Source: Vicinamibacterales bacterium
GTDB lineage: Bacteria > Acidobacteriota > Vicinamibacteria > Vicinamibacterales > JAMQPK01
Direction: 5' to 3'
Length of the DNA: 64,000 nucleotides
Assembly (NCBI GenBank): GCA_963782595.1
Contig: CAWAKJ010000002.1
Span: forward strand, 451,274 to 515,273
Below the pieces are notes generated by a model that did not search any database, was not told where the DNA came from, and worked only from the letters and a program-made list of their open reading frames with translations. This document shows, piece after piece, positions 10,962 through 20,175 of this stretch (position 1 is its first letter; each line of letters starts with the position of its first letter). The position numbers were made by a program, and so were the translations under genes.

Positions 10962-13900
10962 CTACCAGACGAGACGGATGCCGAACTGCATGTTGCGGGC
11001 GTCGTCTGCCGTTGAGATGATGCCGGCCGTGACGTTGCTGACGTTTCCGTCCGGCTGTCCGAAGTTCGTCGTGTTGAACAGATTGAAGATCTCCCCGCGG
11101 AACTCGAGTCGCATGGTTCCGACCGGGAAGCGCTTGCTCACCGAGAAATCCACCTGTTTCGAGCCGGGCCCGATCAACGTGTTGCGTCCGACCGTGCCCT
11201 GGAATCCCGCCGCGGGCAATACATACGCGGTGCGGTCGTACCATTGCGCCACTGTCGGGTTGTCGACCTCGCCTCGGTCGCCCTCTCGTCCTGCAGCGTA
11301 GTTGACGCGCTGGGGTACGAACGAGCCGCACGTGCAGACGTTTGTTCCAGACAGCGTGAACGGGAATCCGCTGCCTGCGCGGACGACACCCTGAACCTGC
11401 CAGTCTCCCAGCACGTACGCGATGGGCCCAGCACTGTTGAGCCAGCGGCGGCCTGTGCCAAACGGCAGCTCGTAACCGAAGCTGAACGCACCCCGATGGC
11501 GCTGGTGGTATCGCGAGAGGCTTTCGTCTGCGTTGGGATCGAGCCTGAAGGCGGTGTCATTCGCCTCGACCTCGCCGGAACCGTTGTCGCGATTCTCCGA
11601 CAACTGGTAGTTGGCAAGGAAGAACAACCCTGCGGAGTACCGCTTCTCGAGGCGCAGCGACAGACCCTTGAAATCTGCCGTGCCGATAGCTGCTGAGTAC
11701 AGCATCGCCGGCTGGAACTGCGGGAACGGCAGGCGGGAATTGATCGGCGTTGTACCGAAGTCCGCCTGATTGATGTTGTACCGCTTGCTCAGGCTCCGGC
11801 TTCGGCTGCCCGTGTACGCCGCCTCGACCAGGTAATCTCGCCCAAGGCTCCGCTGGACGTTGACGTTCCACTGCATCGTGTACGGCGTGCGATTATCCGG
11901 ATCCAACGAGAAGGGAGCCGGGAACTGCGGAATGTTATTGAGATCCGGAAAGAGCGTGTCGACGAGCAGCGGAGCCGTGACGGCCGGGTTCAACGAGAAC
12001 TGCCCGTAGTACGGCGGGATCAGACGAGTGAACTGCAACTCGTTGAGATTGAGGTTGTCATAGTAGACGCCGAAGCCGGTGCGCAGGACCATGCGGTCGG
12101 TGAGGTTGTAGGCCACTCCCACGCGAGGTCCAAAGTTGTTGAAATCCTTCTGGAGGATTCCGTCCGGGAAATAACCCTCCTGCTGGTGTACCAGGGGGAT
12201 CAGTGCCGCCGGCATCGACGTCGGCAGCGCGTTGTATCCGATCTTGCCCGTCGCGGCATCGAACGCCGCTTCCACGCCGTTCTTCTCGGCCCAGGGAGCG
12301 AGATACTCCCACCGCAGACCGAGCTGGAGGCTCAGCTTGTCGTTCACTTGCCAGTTGTCGTCGATGAACGGCGCGACGGTCGGTGAGTTGTACGTCGCCC
12401 CTGACGCGCCGAACGCACCGGCGCAGGTCGAACAGTAGCCAAGGAGGTAATCGGCGATGGCATTGCCCGTGAAGTTGCCGTTGAAGGTGAAGTTGCCGCG
12501 TGTCGAGTTGTCCGTGAGGTGCTCGAACTTGCGGAACTGGGCCTGCAATCCAAACCGGAGCGTGTGGCCGCCGAACGTTCTGCTGGTGGCGTTCGACACG
12601 CTGTAGATGTTTTCCGTGGCTCCCTGCGTGTTGCCGCCCTCGCCTTGTCCCGAGAAGCCGGCGATGGCCACGTTCGGCCGTCCGTATGCGAGCGGAAATG
12701 TCGCAGCCGCGAGATTGCGCAGGCCCGAGATCGCTCGTCCAGTTGCGTCCGTCCGGGCTGATCGGCGCGTTCAGATGGTACGCGTAGTTGTATCCGAAGC
12801 GGAATTCGTTGACCCAGGAGCGACGAGAGCACCCACGTGTGTCCGACCGCGAGGTTCCGCCCCCGCTGCGGCAGGTCGGTTGACGTGAACGCCGCGGGCT
12901 GCAGCTGCGAGCCTTTGTAGTACATGAACCGCTGGAACAGGCTGTGATTGTTGTTGAGCGTCTGGTCCGTCCGGACCGTTGCCGTATCCGCATCGTCGAC
13001 GAAGTTCCTGATGACCGTGTAGTTGTTCGCCCCCGCGCTGTTCGGTGCAGGAATGGTCGGTGTCAGGATGCGCGCGAAGTTCGAGAACCGGGTCGCCGGG
13101 ATGATGTTGCCGGCGAACGGCTGGCCGGTCAGCGGATCGCGGATGGGCGTCGCCAGCGAGGAGAAGTTTCCTGAGAGAAACGCCTGGCTTGGCACGCTGC
13201 CCAGGAACGGCTGCCCCTGAACGGTTCGCAAGGCTTCATACGAGCCAAACACGAACACCTTGTTGCGCATCAGCGGCCCTCCGCCGGTGCCGCCAAACTG
13301 GTTGCGCTTGTAATCCGGCTTCGTTGGCGCGAAGAAATTTTTTGCATCGAACCGATCGCTCCGGTAGAACTCGTACGCCGGATCCGTGCATCTCGTTGGT
13401 GCCGGACTTGGTGACGATGGAGACGACCGCCTGGCCCTGACCGTACTCCGTGGAGAACGAGTTTCGAAGCAGGCTCACTTCCTGGACGGCATCGATGGGC
13501 GGGTTCAGCGAGAGATTGTTGAATCGCAGCGACCGCACGTAGACGCCATCGATCGTGTAGTTGGTCGAGCTGTCGCGCCCGCCTTCGACGGTGATGAACT
13601 GATTGCGGCGCCCGAATTGAGTGTTACGCGCGAAGTTTCGCGGCGTCACGCCTGCCGAGAGCGACGCCAGCGAGAGCACGTTGCGACCGTTCAGCGGGAG
13701 GTCTTCGATCTGCTTCTCGCTGATCACCTGACCGACCGATGCGCTCTGCGTCTGGAGCAACGGGGCTTCGCCCGTCACGGTGATCGCCTCGCTCACGGTT
13801 GCCACGCCGAGCGTGATCGTCGGACGCGCCGTCTCGCCCTGCCTCAGCACGAAATTCTGAAGCTCTGCGGTGCGGAAGCCTTGCAGCTCGACCTTGATGG

Positions 13901-14135
13901 AATAGGTGGCCGGTGGGAGCGCGGGAATGGAGAACCGCCCCTCGCCGTCGGTGACGGTCGTGCGCTGGGCGTTGGTGCCCACGTTTGTGACGGTGACGGT
14001 GGCGCCGGGTATGGCCGCGTCCGACGAGTCCGTGACTTGCCCAACCAAACCAGACGATGCCGATTGCTGGGCAGAGGCTACTGAAGACAGCAGAAGTAAC
14101 AAGGCAGCGACGAGGGTCACGAACTTATGGGTCAT
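10962..14135 (-). pseudogene. TonB-dependent receptor with CarboxypepD_reg N-domain, interrupted by at least 3 single-nt frame breaks
   Basis: Reverse ORFs 13236..14135, 12344..13270, part of 12058..12993 and 10962..12671 together spell one receptor. The parts are a signal peptide, CarboxypepD_reg (GLVGQVTDSSDAAIPGATVTVTN...YSIKVELQGF), a plug (ISEKQIEDLPLNGRNVLSL) and a barrel ending NMQFGIRLVW. The breaks are near 13381 (GGATCC-G-GCGTAC, extra G), ~12820 and ~12723 (CTCGGG-C-CTGCGC, extra C). Confidence 0.8.
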
Positions 14136-14174
14136 GGCACTCTCCTAGTGTCAGTCAACGCAGTTGGTACGTCG

Positions 14175-15230
14175 TTATCGTGGTGCATAGGTCTTCGTGA
14201 CGTTATTGCGGGTATTCGTAATCGTGTAACGGCCGTCGGGCGCGATCGACGCTTTCAAATAGCTTCCCGTGCACGCCGCTTCTTCGTCGAGATTCGCGAT
14301 GTGCGGCTCTGCGGTGTTGCGGTCCCGCTCGGCCACGAGCGAAAGATGGAGTTGCCAGAGATCCTCCAGCCCGGGAGCGTTCTTGACGATGTCGAGGTAG
14401 CCGCCGATGCCGCCCTTGCGCGGCCCGTTGTTCATGATGGCGACGCGCGCGCCGACCGAGTTGATGAATTGCGGCGCACCAGAAAGATCCATACCGTGGT
14501 GATTCACCTGCAGCAGATCGACCTTGCCCAGGCGATTCATCGGGCACACCATCTCGATTTCCTTGTTCCAGGTCAGGTCGCCCAGATCGAGAAACCTGAA
14601 CTTCCCGTACTGCAGCAGGAATCCGACACTCCGGCCGTTTTCGCCGTTGTCTGGCTTTTTCAGAACGGGATCGCTACAGAGCGCGGCACTGTTGGCACCG
14701 CCGCCGTTGATGGGGCCCGCGATCAGGTCGCCATTCACGGCGGCAATCGTGATATCCAGTCCTTTCAGTGGAATTTTGTCACCAGGCTTTGGCTGCGATC
14801 GCTTGCCCTTCGACACTTCCTGATAGATCGCCCACTCGTCGGCCGCAGGTCCGGGACGGTTCTCGACTGTGTCTCCATGATCGATGAACCGGTCGATCGG
14901 GATCAGCTTCGACAGGGCACCAACGCCGCCGACGTGATCGGCGTGAAAGTGCGTGATGACGAGGTAGTCGATCTTTTTCAGGCCCGCAACTTTGGTGGCG
15001 ACGTCGTGGATGCGCTTGGCGTCTCGGTCGTCCTTGCGCCAGCCGGTATCGACGAGCAATGACTCGCCGGTGGGCGACACGATCAAAGTGGCCCCGCCGC
15101 CCTCGACGTCGATCCAATAGATGTCCAGCATGCGCGCCGTGCCGCCTCGCTGCGCCGCGAGCGCAACGGCCGCGATGGCTGTCATCGCCAAGGCCAGAGC
15201 AAAACGGGATCGAAGGAACCGCTTCAGCAT
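14175..15230 (-). CDS. Secreted MBL-fold metallo-hydrolase
   Basis: 351 aa with a signal peptide (ALALAMTAIAAVALAAQ) and the HxHxDH motif (ITHFHADHVGG). Its start abuts the stop of the upstream cupin gene (15230/15231). Confidence 0.8.
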   Translation of the reverse strand: MLKRFLRSRFALALAMTAIAAVALAAQRGGTARMLDIYWIDVEGGGATLIVSPTGESLLVDTGWRKDDRDAKRIHDVATKVAGLKKIDYLVITHFHADHVGGVGALSKLIPIDRFIDHGDTVENRPGPAADEWAIYQEVSKGKRSQPKPGDKIPLKGLDITIAAVNGDLIAGPINGGGANSAALCSDPVLKKPDNGENGRSVGFLLQYGKFRFLDLGDLTWNKEIEMVCPMNRLGKVDLLQVNHHGMDLSGAPQFINSVGARVAIMNNGPRKGGIGGYLDIVKNAPGLEDLWQLHLSLVAERDRNTAEPHIANLDEEAACTGSYLKASIAPDGRYTITNTRNNVTKTYAPR

Positions 15231-16130
15231 CTACTGCACCACGACCGTCTCGAGTTTTCCCTTTTCGGTCGCGACGCCAATGATCATCAGCTCGAGGTCC
15301 AGCGCTCCGGTATTGACGAGGGCGTGAGCCTGGTCGGGCAGAATCGGGACACCATCGCCCTTGTGGATCGCGGCGGTCTCGCCGGCAACGGTGACGTTGC
15401 CATCGCCGTTGAGGACGTAATACACCTCGCCGACCGATGCGTGCTTGTGAAGGCCTTCGGAACTGCCCGGTGTGAGAATCAGGTGATCCACGTAGCCCCA
15501 GTTGGTCAGGAACACTGTTGGCTCGAGTGCACGGCGATATCGCACCGTTCCGGTGCCCCCGCGGAAGTTCTGCAGCGTTTGCCGCTCGCCCATCAGTCCT
15601 CGATCGAGCCGCATGGTCATGAAGACCGGAATCGGATCTTTCGGCGCACCGACGCGAGAGTCCTGCAGATCAAAGGCGTCATACTCGCCGCTGACCGTTG
15701 CGACGTTGATGTTCATGAACTCGATGGGGCGATCGGTCGGATTGACGATCGCATGCGAATGCCCCATGCGGACCGGAGCACCGACTGTTCCCTTGAGCAG
15801 AGACGTGCGGCCATCGATCGTGAATTCGGCCTCGCCGTCGAAGATGACGAACATTTCCTCGGTTCGATTGTGGAAGTGATGCCCGACACCTCCCTTGGGC
15901 GCGGTCATCTGACAGCGGTGCACGAAGTTGAGCAGCGGGATCGCGTTGCGGGGCACGAGCGTCATGCACGCCATGTCGCCCTCGCTGCCATGCGATCGGC
16001 TTCGGCGATAGCGACTCGGATCGGTGTGGCCGATGCGTTCAGCCAGCGGGGGAGGCGTCTGGGCACCCGTCGCAATCGCGGCGCCAAGGATCCCGCAAAT
16101 CAAGATGTACGCGCGCCTGCAGGAACTCAT
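15231..16130 (-). CDS. Secreted bicupin protein
   Basis: Two cupin-like halves (GHHFHNRTEEMFVIFDGEAEF... and GLHKHASVGEVYYVLNGDGNV...). I prefer the ATG at 16130 (MSSCRRAYILICGILGAAIATGAQ, a signal peptide) over the supplied start at 16316, whose extra 62 aa are Arg-rich noise. Confidence 0.7.
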   Translation of the reverse strand: MSSCRRAYILICGILGAAIATGAQTPPPLAERIGHTDPSRYRRSRSHGSEGDMACMTLVPRNAIPLLNFVHRCQMTAPKGGVGHHFHNRTEEMFVIFDGEAEFTIDGRTSLLKGTVGAPVRMGHSHAIVNPTDRPIEFMNINVATVSGEYDAFDLQDSRVGAPKDPIPVFMTMRLDRGLMGERQTLQNFRGGTGTVRYRRALEPTVFLTNWGYVDHLILTPGSSEGLHKHASVGEVYYVLNGDGNVTVAGETAAIHKGDGVPILPDQAHALVNTGALDLELMIIGVATEKGKLETVVVQ

Positions 16131-16209
16131 AAAAGGATTGGCGAATGATACCGAAATTGAGCACAGCGGTCTGCCGAATACTTGAGAGCGCGATCCAAAT
16201 TCTCGTATC

Positions 16210-16223
16210 TGTAACCGATTACA
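16210..16223. promoter_or_regulatory. Inverted repeat TGTAA-N4-TTACA in the 272-nt AT-richer leader of the bicupin-MBL-receptor operon
   Basis: TGTAACCGATTACA at 16210-16223, about 80 nt upstream of the 16130 start. This is a candidate operator only. Confidence 0.2.
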
Positions 16224-16402
16224 CTGGGTCCGTAAGCGAGTTTGTCGCAGACGCGGCCTACGACGTCGATGCCCTCTTACGGAGTCCGCTGACGCAGTCC
16301 ACGGAGACCTGCACACTGTTCAGCACGTCGCGCTCGTCGCGTCGTCGTGTTTCGAGGGGTGAAACTATTTCCCGCGATGGCCAATCAGCCCTCGCACTGT
16401 CA

Positions 16403-17395
16403 TCAGGCCGAAGCCGATGACGACGTAGTGGAAGTACATCCGCCTCGCTCGTGGGCGGCCTTCCTTCGGCGGCAGAGGTCGGCGGCGGCGTCGGGCCAGA
16501 ACGGATAGTGAAAGGCGAACCCGCCATCGAGTAAGCGTCCCGGCACGACGCGCCGGCTCTTCAGAATGAGCTCGGTCTCGGTCCGGATGAGCGCGGCGCC
16601 GACTTCCAGCATCCATTTCGTCGCAGGCAATCCGACACGCATGCCCAACGCCCTGCGCAGGACGCGCATGAACTCTTCATTTGGGACGGGATGCGGCGCC
16701 GCGACGTTGACGATGCCCTCGATCTCGTCATGGGCGATCAGCCACTGCATGGCCCGGATGAAGTCTTCGAAATGAATCCAGGACACGAATTGACGCCCGT
16801 TGCCGGCCGCACCTCCAAGCCCGTACCTGGCCAGCGCGACAAGCGTGTCGAAGATGCCCCCGGGGTCGGGGCTCATGGTCATGGCCGAGCGAAGGGCAAC
16901 CTTCCGCGTCGCGGGCGTCAGCGCTTCGTCGAACGCACGTTCCCATGCCCGTGCGACATCGATGCTGAATTTCCAGGTATCTGGCGCGTGACGCTCTTCG
17001 CCACCAATTAGACCCGCCTCGTTATTTGGCGCGTCGTACCGATGCGCGTAAATCGTGGCGGTACTCGCCTGGAGCCAAACGCGAGGAGGATGCGACGCAT
17101 CGCCGATGGCCGTGCCCACCGCACGCGTCGCGAGGACGCGCGATTCGAGAATCTCCCGTCGATTGGCCGCGGTGTAGCGGCAATTCACGCTGCGGCCTGC
17201 GAGATTGATGACGACGTCGCTGCCGTCGATCTCTTTCGACCATGGGCCGGGCGTTCTCCCATCCCAGCGGACGACACGCCAGGGCCGCGCAGACGGGTGA
17301 CGGCTGAGAACCACCACGTCATGGCCGCGGGCTTGGAACGCCCGCGCGAGGACGGTTCCCACTTGCCCCGACCCTCCAGGGATGACGACCTTCAT
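16403..17395 (-). CDS. TIGR01777/YfcH-like NAD-dependent epimerase/dehydratase (SDR with DUF1731 tail)
   Basis: MKVVIPGGSGQVGTVLARAF Rossmann motif, ending ...RLLDGGFAFHYPFWPDAAADL. The ATG at 17395 is preferred because it overlaps the DCC stop as ATGA. Confidence 0.8.
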   Translation of the reverse strand: MKVVIPGGSGQVGTVLARAFQARGHDVVVLSRHPSARPWRVVRWDGRTPGPWSKEIDGSDVVINLAGRSVNCRYTAANRREILESRVLATRAVGTAIGDASHPPRVWLQASTATIYAHRYDAPNNEAGLIGGEERHAPDTWKFSIDVARAWERAFDEALTPATRKVALRSAMTMSPDPGGIFDTLVALARYGLGGAAGNGRQFVSWIHFEDFIRAMQWLIAHDEIEGIVNVAAPHPVPNEEFMRVLRRALGMRVGLPATKWMLEVGAALIRTETELILKSRRVVPGRLLDGGFAFHYPFWPDAAADLCRRRKAAHERGGCTSTTSSSASA

Positions 17396-17868
17396 CGCGA
17401 CACATCCTTCCGGTCGGCATCGACTGCATCGAGAAAGCGGCTTCGATATTCCGGAGGTGGGACGAGACATCGTTCAACGGGTGGGAACAAGCGATGTCGA
17501 TTGCGGGCAATCACGTCGTAGATCCGATCGAGCAGGGGAGATGGCAGAAGGCCGAGCAGCGCGGCTAATTTCCAGGGCCCACCGAACGCAGTCAGGACGA
17601 ACACGGCCGCGCGTCCTTTCGTGAGCCACGCAGACTGCGGCGTCCGGTAGTTCGACACGACGACAAACGTGGACATGTCGGGTTCGGCGCCGAATCGCGA
17701 TGCGAATCGAGTGGCCGCTGGACTTTGCAGCGAGGCAAAGTGGAACATCCCTGACCGGTCTCGTGCGAGCACGGCTTGCACGATGCGATTGCAGAGCCCG
17801 CACGCACCGTCATACAGAAGCAAATGAGGGCCGGCGTCGCGCGGTGGTTGCGGATCGTCGGGGACCAT
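17392..17868 (-). CDS. DCC-family thiol-disulfide oxidoreductase (DUF393)
   Basis: 158 aa with LLLYDGACGLCNRIVQAVLARD, the family's CxxC signature. It is coupled to the downstream SDR. Confidence 0.8.
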   Translation of the reverse strand: MVPDDPQPPRDAGPHLLLYDGACGLCNRIVQAVLARDRSGMFHFASLQSPAATRFASRFGAEPDMSTFVVVSNYRTPQSAWLTKGRAAVFVLTAFGGPWKLAALLGLLPSPLLDRIYDVIARNRHRLFPPVERCLVPPPEYRSRFLDAVDADRKDVSR

Positions 17869-17874
17869 GTTTTA

Positions 17875-18612
17875 ATGGTAAACATGTTTACTGAAAATAG
17901 CAAACCGCGGAAAAGAGGCCGTCCGCCGGGGCGGACCGCCGAAGGCGAGGCCACACGGGCCCGTCTCTACGAGATCGCGATCGGGCTCGTCGGCGAGCAT
18001 GGATACGAGGCAGCAACGCTGCGCGAAGTGGCCGCGCGGGCGGGTGTGAGCCCGGGGCTTCTGTACCGCTATTTCCCCAGTAAGCGATCGGTCGTGCTGG
18101 CCCTGTATGACCAGCTTTCCGAGGAGTTCGCGCAGCACGCCGTGGAGATGCCCCGCGGCAAGTGGCGCGACCGGTTCATCCATACACTCGAGCTCAGCCT
18201 GCGGGTGATCGGTCCGCATCGCGTCACTTTGCGTGCGCTTGCGCCGGTCATGATCGGCGACACCGAGGAAAGCGTGTTTGCGCGCAGCACGGCATTCTCG
18301 CGGTTGCGTGTGCAGACCGCATTTGAGACGGCTGTGGTCGAGGCCACCGACTCACCGAAGAAGCCGCTCGCCGGCGCCCTCGGCCGCCTGCTTTACCTGC
18401 TGCACCTCGGGGTCCTCTTGTGGTGGTTGCTCGATCGCACGCCTGGCCAGAGAGCGACCGACGCACTGGTCGCCTCGTTGCGCAAGATCCTTCCATCAGC
18501 CTCGCTGGCTCTTCATTTGCGGCCCGTCAAAGTTTTTATTCAATCGGCGGAAGCGCTCTTCGCCGAAGCTCTGTTAAACGACCCGAACGGGAAGGCTCTG
18601 GAATCTGACTGA
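17875..18612 (+). CDS. TetR/AcrR-family transcriptional regulator
   Basis: GRPPGRTAEGEATRARLYEIAIGLVGEHGYEAATLREVAARAGVSPGLLYRYFPSK is a TetR HTH. The supplied start at 17776 would run through the divergent DCC gene. ATG 17875 or 17884 is more plausible. Confidence 0.8.
   Translation: MVNMFTENSKPRKRGRPPGRTAEGEATRARLYEIAIGLVGEHGYEAATLREVAARAGVSPGLLYRYFPSKRSVVLALYDQLSEEFAQHAVEMPRGKWRDRFIHTLELSLRVIGPHRVTLRALAPVMIGDTEESVFARSTAFSRLRVQTAFETAVVEATDSPKKPLAGALGRLLYLLHLGVLLWWLLDRTPGQRATDALVASLRKILPSASLALHLRPVKVFIQSAEALFAEALLNDPNGKALESD
17880..17889. promoter_or_regulatory. Perfect 10-bp palindrome AAACATGTTT in the head-to-head DCC/TetR start region
   Basis: AAACATGTTT at 17880-17889, with a third CATGTTT half-site at 17866-17872. 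The half-sites contain the ATG/CAT start codons of both divergent genes. This is a candidate TetR operator. Confidence 0.3.
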
Positions 18613-18634
18613 CGCGCGGTTGTAAGCTTGCCGC

Positions 18635-20092
18635 ATGAAATACAAACTACTCGCCATTGTCCCCGTTCTTCTCGGCGGCATCGTCACGACGCCGGGACAT
18701 GCGCAGGCACCAAAGCCCGATCCCGCCGCTCTCGCCAAGACCGGCATTCTCGAGCGGCTTGCCGAGCGCAGCGGCATCTACGGCACGCCGCCAACCGCCA
18801 GAGTCCCGGGCTTCATCGCCGACGCGGGCTGGCCGCAGAAGCTGCCCAACAACTGGATCATCGGTGAGGTTGGTGGCCTCTCCGTCGCGCCCGACGATCA
18901 CATCTGGGTGTACCAACGGCCGCGCAGCCTCACCAACGACGAGGCGGCGCTCACGCCGCCCACTCACAAGGCGCCCGACGGCCGGCCCGTCGACGTGCTC
19001 GGCTACCCTCGTCCGTATGGCGTCCTCGGCGACTGTTGCCTGCCGGCTCCGTCTGTTATGGAATTCGACGCGAACGGCAAGCTGCTGCAGGCCTGGGGCG
19101 GTCCCGCCGATCCCGGCAAGTGCCGGATCGAAGACGGCTGCGTCTGGCCCGCCAGAGAGCACGGCATCTTCGTCGATCACAATGGCTTCGTTTACATCGG
19201 CGGCAATGGCGGCAACGGCAAACCGAACGGCTCTGCCTGGGCCTCGACTGCCGGGGCCGACGGCATGATTCTGAAGTTCACGAAGGAAGGCAAATTCGTG
19301 ATGATGATCGGCGGCCCCACCACAGGCGCCGACAGCAACAACAAGGACGGCGGCAAGAATGCCACGCCGTTTTTCTTCCTGCCGGCCGATCTCACGATCG
19401 ATCCGACGACCAACCGTCTCTATGTATCGGATGGGTATGGGAATCGTCGCGTGGTCATCGTCGATGCAGCGACCGGGAAATACATCGGACATTTCGGGGC
19501 CTACGGCAACAACCCGGTCGACGACAAGGCTGCCGCCGCGGCCGGGCCATGGATGAACGACTTCACAAAAGGCAACATGAAGCCGGCGTTCTTCCGCACG
19601 CCGGTGCACTGCGTCAAGATCAGTAAGGAAGGCCTCATCTATGTGTGCGATCGCGGCAACAACCGCATACAGGTGTTCAACGGCCGCGATCTCAACCTCG
19701 GCAAAGAGTGCGCGAACACGACCGGCGATGCCGGCAAATGTGGATTCGTCAAGGAACAGCAGGTGGCCGTGAAGACCAACGGCCTGCCGGGGTCGGCGGT
19801 CTCGATGAACTTCTCGACCGACGCCAAGCAGAGCTGTCTCTACATAGGCGACAACTCCAACATGACGATCTACGTGTTGAACCGGGACACGCTTCAAGAG
19901 CTCGGCCGCCTGGGCCGCAGCGGACGCGAGGCCGGCGAGTTTCACTGGCTGCACCAGGTGAGCGTCGATTCGCGCGGGAATATCTACACGGCGGAAGTCG
20001 ATACGGGGAAGCGGATTCAGAAATTCGTTCGGTATGGCGGCGACGGCTGCAGCGGCACCGGACGGACGACGGTCGGCGGCGTCTTGCAATAG
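18635..20092 (+). CDS. Secreted NHL-repeat six-bladed beta-propeller, peptidyl-alpha-hydroxyglycine amidating-lyase-like
   Basis: 485 aa with a signal peptide (LLAIVPVLLGGIVTTPGHAQA). The NHL-type blades include LYVSDGYGNRRVVIVDAATGKYIGHFG, IYVCDRGNNRIQVF and IYTAEVDTGKRIQKF. Confidence 0.75.
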   Translation: MKYKLLAIVPVLLGGIVTTPGHAQAPKPDPAALAKTGILERLAERSGIYGTPPTARVPGFIADAGWPQKLPNNWIIGEVGGLSVAPDDHIWVYQRPRSLTNDEAALTPPTHKAPDGRPVDVLGYPRPYGVLGDCCLPAPSVMEFDANGKLLQAWGGPADPGKCRIEDGCVWPAREHGIFVDHNGFVYIGGNGGNGKPNGSAWASTAGADGMILKFTKEGKFVMMIGGPTTGADSNNKDGGKNATPFFFLPADLTIDPTTNRLYVSDGYGNRRVVIVDAATGKYIGHFGAYGNNPVDDKAAAAAGPWMNDFTKGNMKPAFFRTPVHCVKISKEGLIYVCDRGNNRIQVFNGRDLNLGKECANTTGDAGKCGFVKEQQVAVKTNGLPGSAVSMNFSTDAKQSCLYIGDNSNMTIYVLNRDTLQELGRLGRSGREAGEFHWLHQVSVDSRGNIYTAEVDTGKRIQKFVRYGGDGCSGTGRTTVGGVLQ

Positions 20093-20104
20093 AAGAAAAA
20101 AGAA

Positions 20105-20134
20105 GGGCGGGTCCTGAAATTTCAGAACCCGCCC
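20105..20134. terminator. GC-rich hairpin, variant of the GGGCGGGTCTTG family
   Basis: GGGCGGGTCCTGAAA/TTTCAGAACCCGCCC pairs at 14 of 15 positions by hand. It begins 12 nt after the NHL gene stop. Confidence 0.6.
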
Positions 20135-20135
20135 T

Positions 20136-20175
20136 GACTTGCGACTTACGACTTCCGACTTTCGCCTTGCGACTA
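20136..20175. repeat. Six in-phase heptads with ACTT core (GACTTGC GACTTAC GACTTCC GACTTTC GCCTTGC GACTA)
   Basis: ACTT/CCTT/ACTA cores begin at 20137, 20144, 20151, 20158, 20165 and 20172, an exact spacing of 7. The last unit contains the stop codon of the reverse gene ending at 20173. Confidence 0.7.

Noticed and set aside
16365-16439. 24-codon hydrophobic mini-ORF (MYFHYVVIGFGLMTVRGLIGHRGK) at the 3' end of the SDR gene, reverse strand
   Set aside because: It overlaps the SDR coding end, has no convincing SD, and is too short to distinguish from chance without conservation or ribosome-profiling data.
18647-20089. 480-aa reverse-strand ORF almost exactly antisense to the NHL propeller gene
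   Set aside because: The translation is Arg/Ala/Gly/Pro-rich with no motif, whereas the forward frame has a signal peptide and clear NHL blades. Stop-free antisense frames are expected at this GC content. The same reasoning rejects 773..2029(+), 3912..4895(-), 20892..21842(-), 22420..23790(-), 24218..25399(-), 36078..37640(-), 42184..43323(-), 49596..51296(+), 52263..53420(+), 53581..55119(-) and similar listed ORFs.
20136-20175. Possibility that the short periodic arrays (here, 43550 and 49096) are CRISPR arrays or CRISPR remnants
   Set aside because: The units are 7 nt with no spacers, the total length is about 40 nt, and there are no cas genes. They are microsatellite-like periodic elements, not repeat-spacer arrays.
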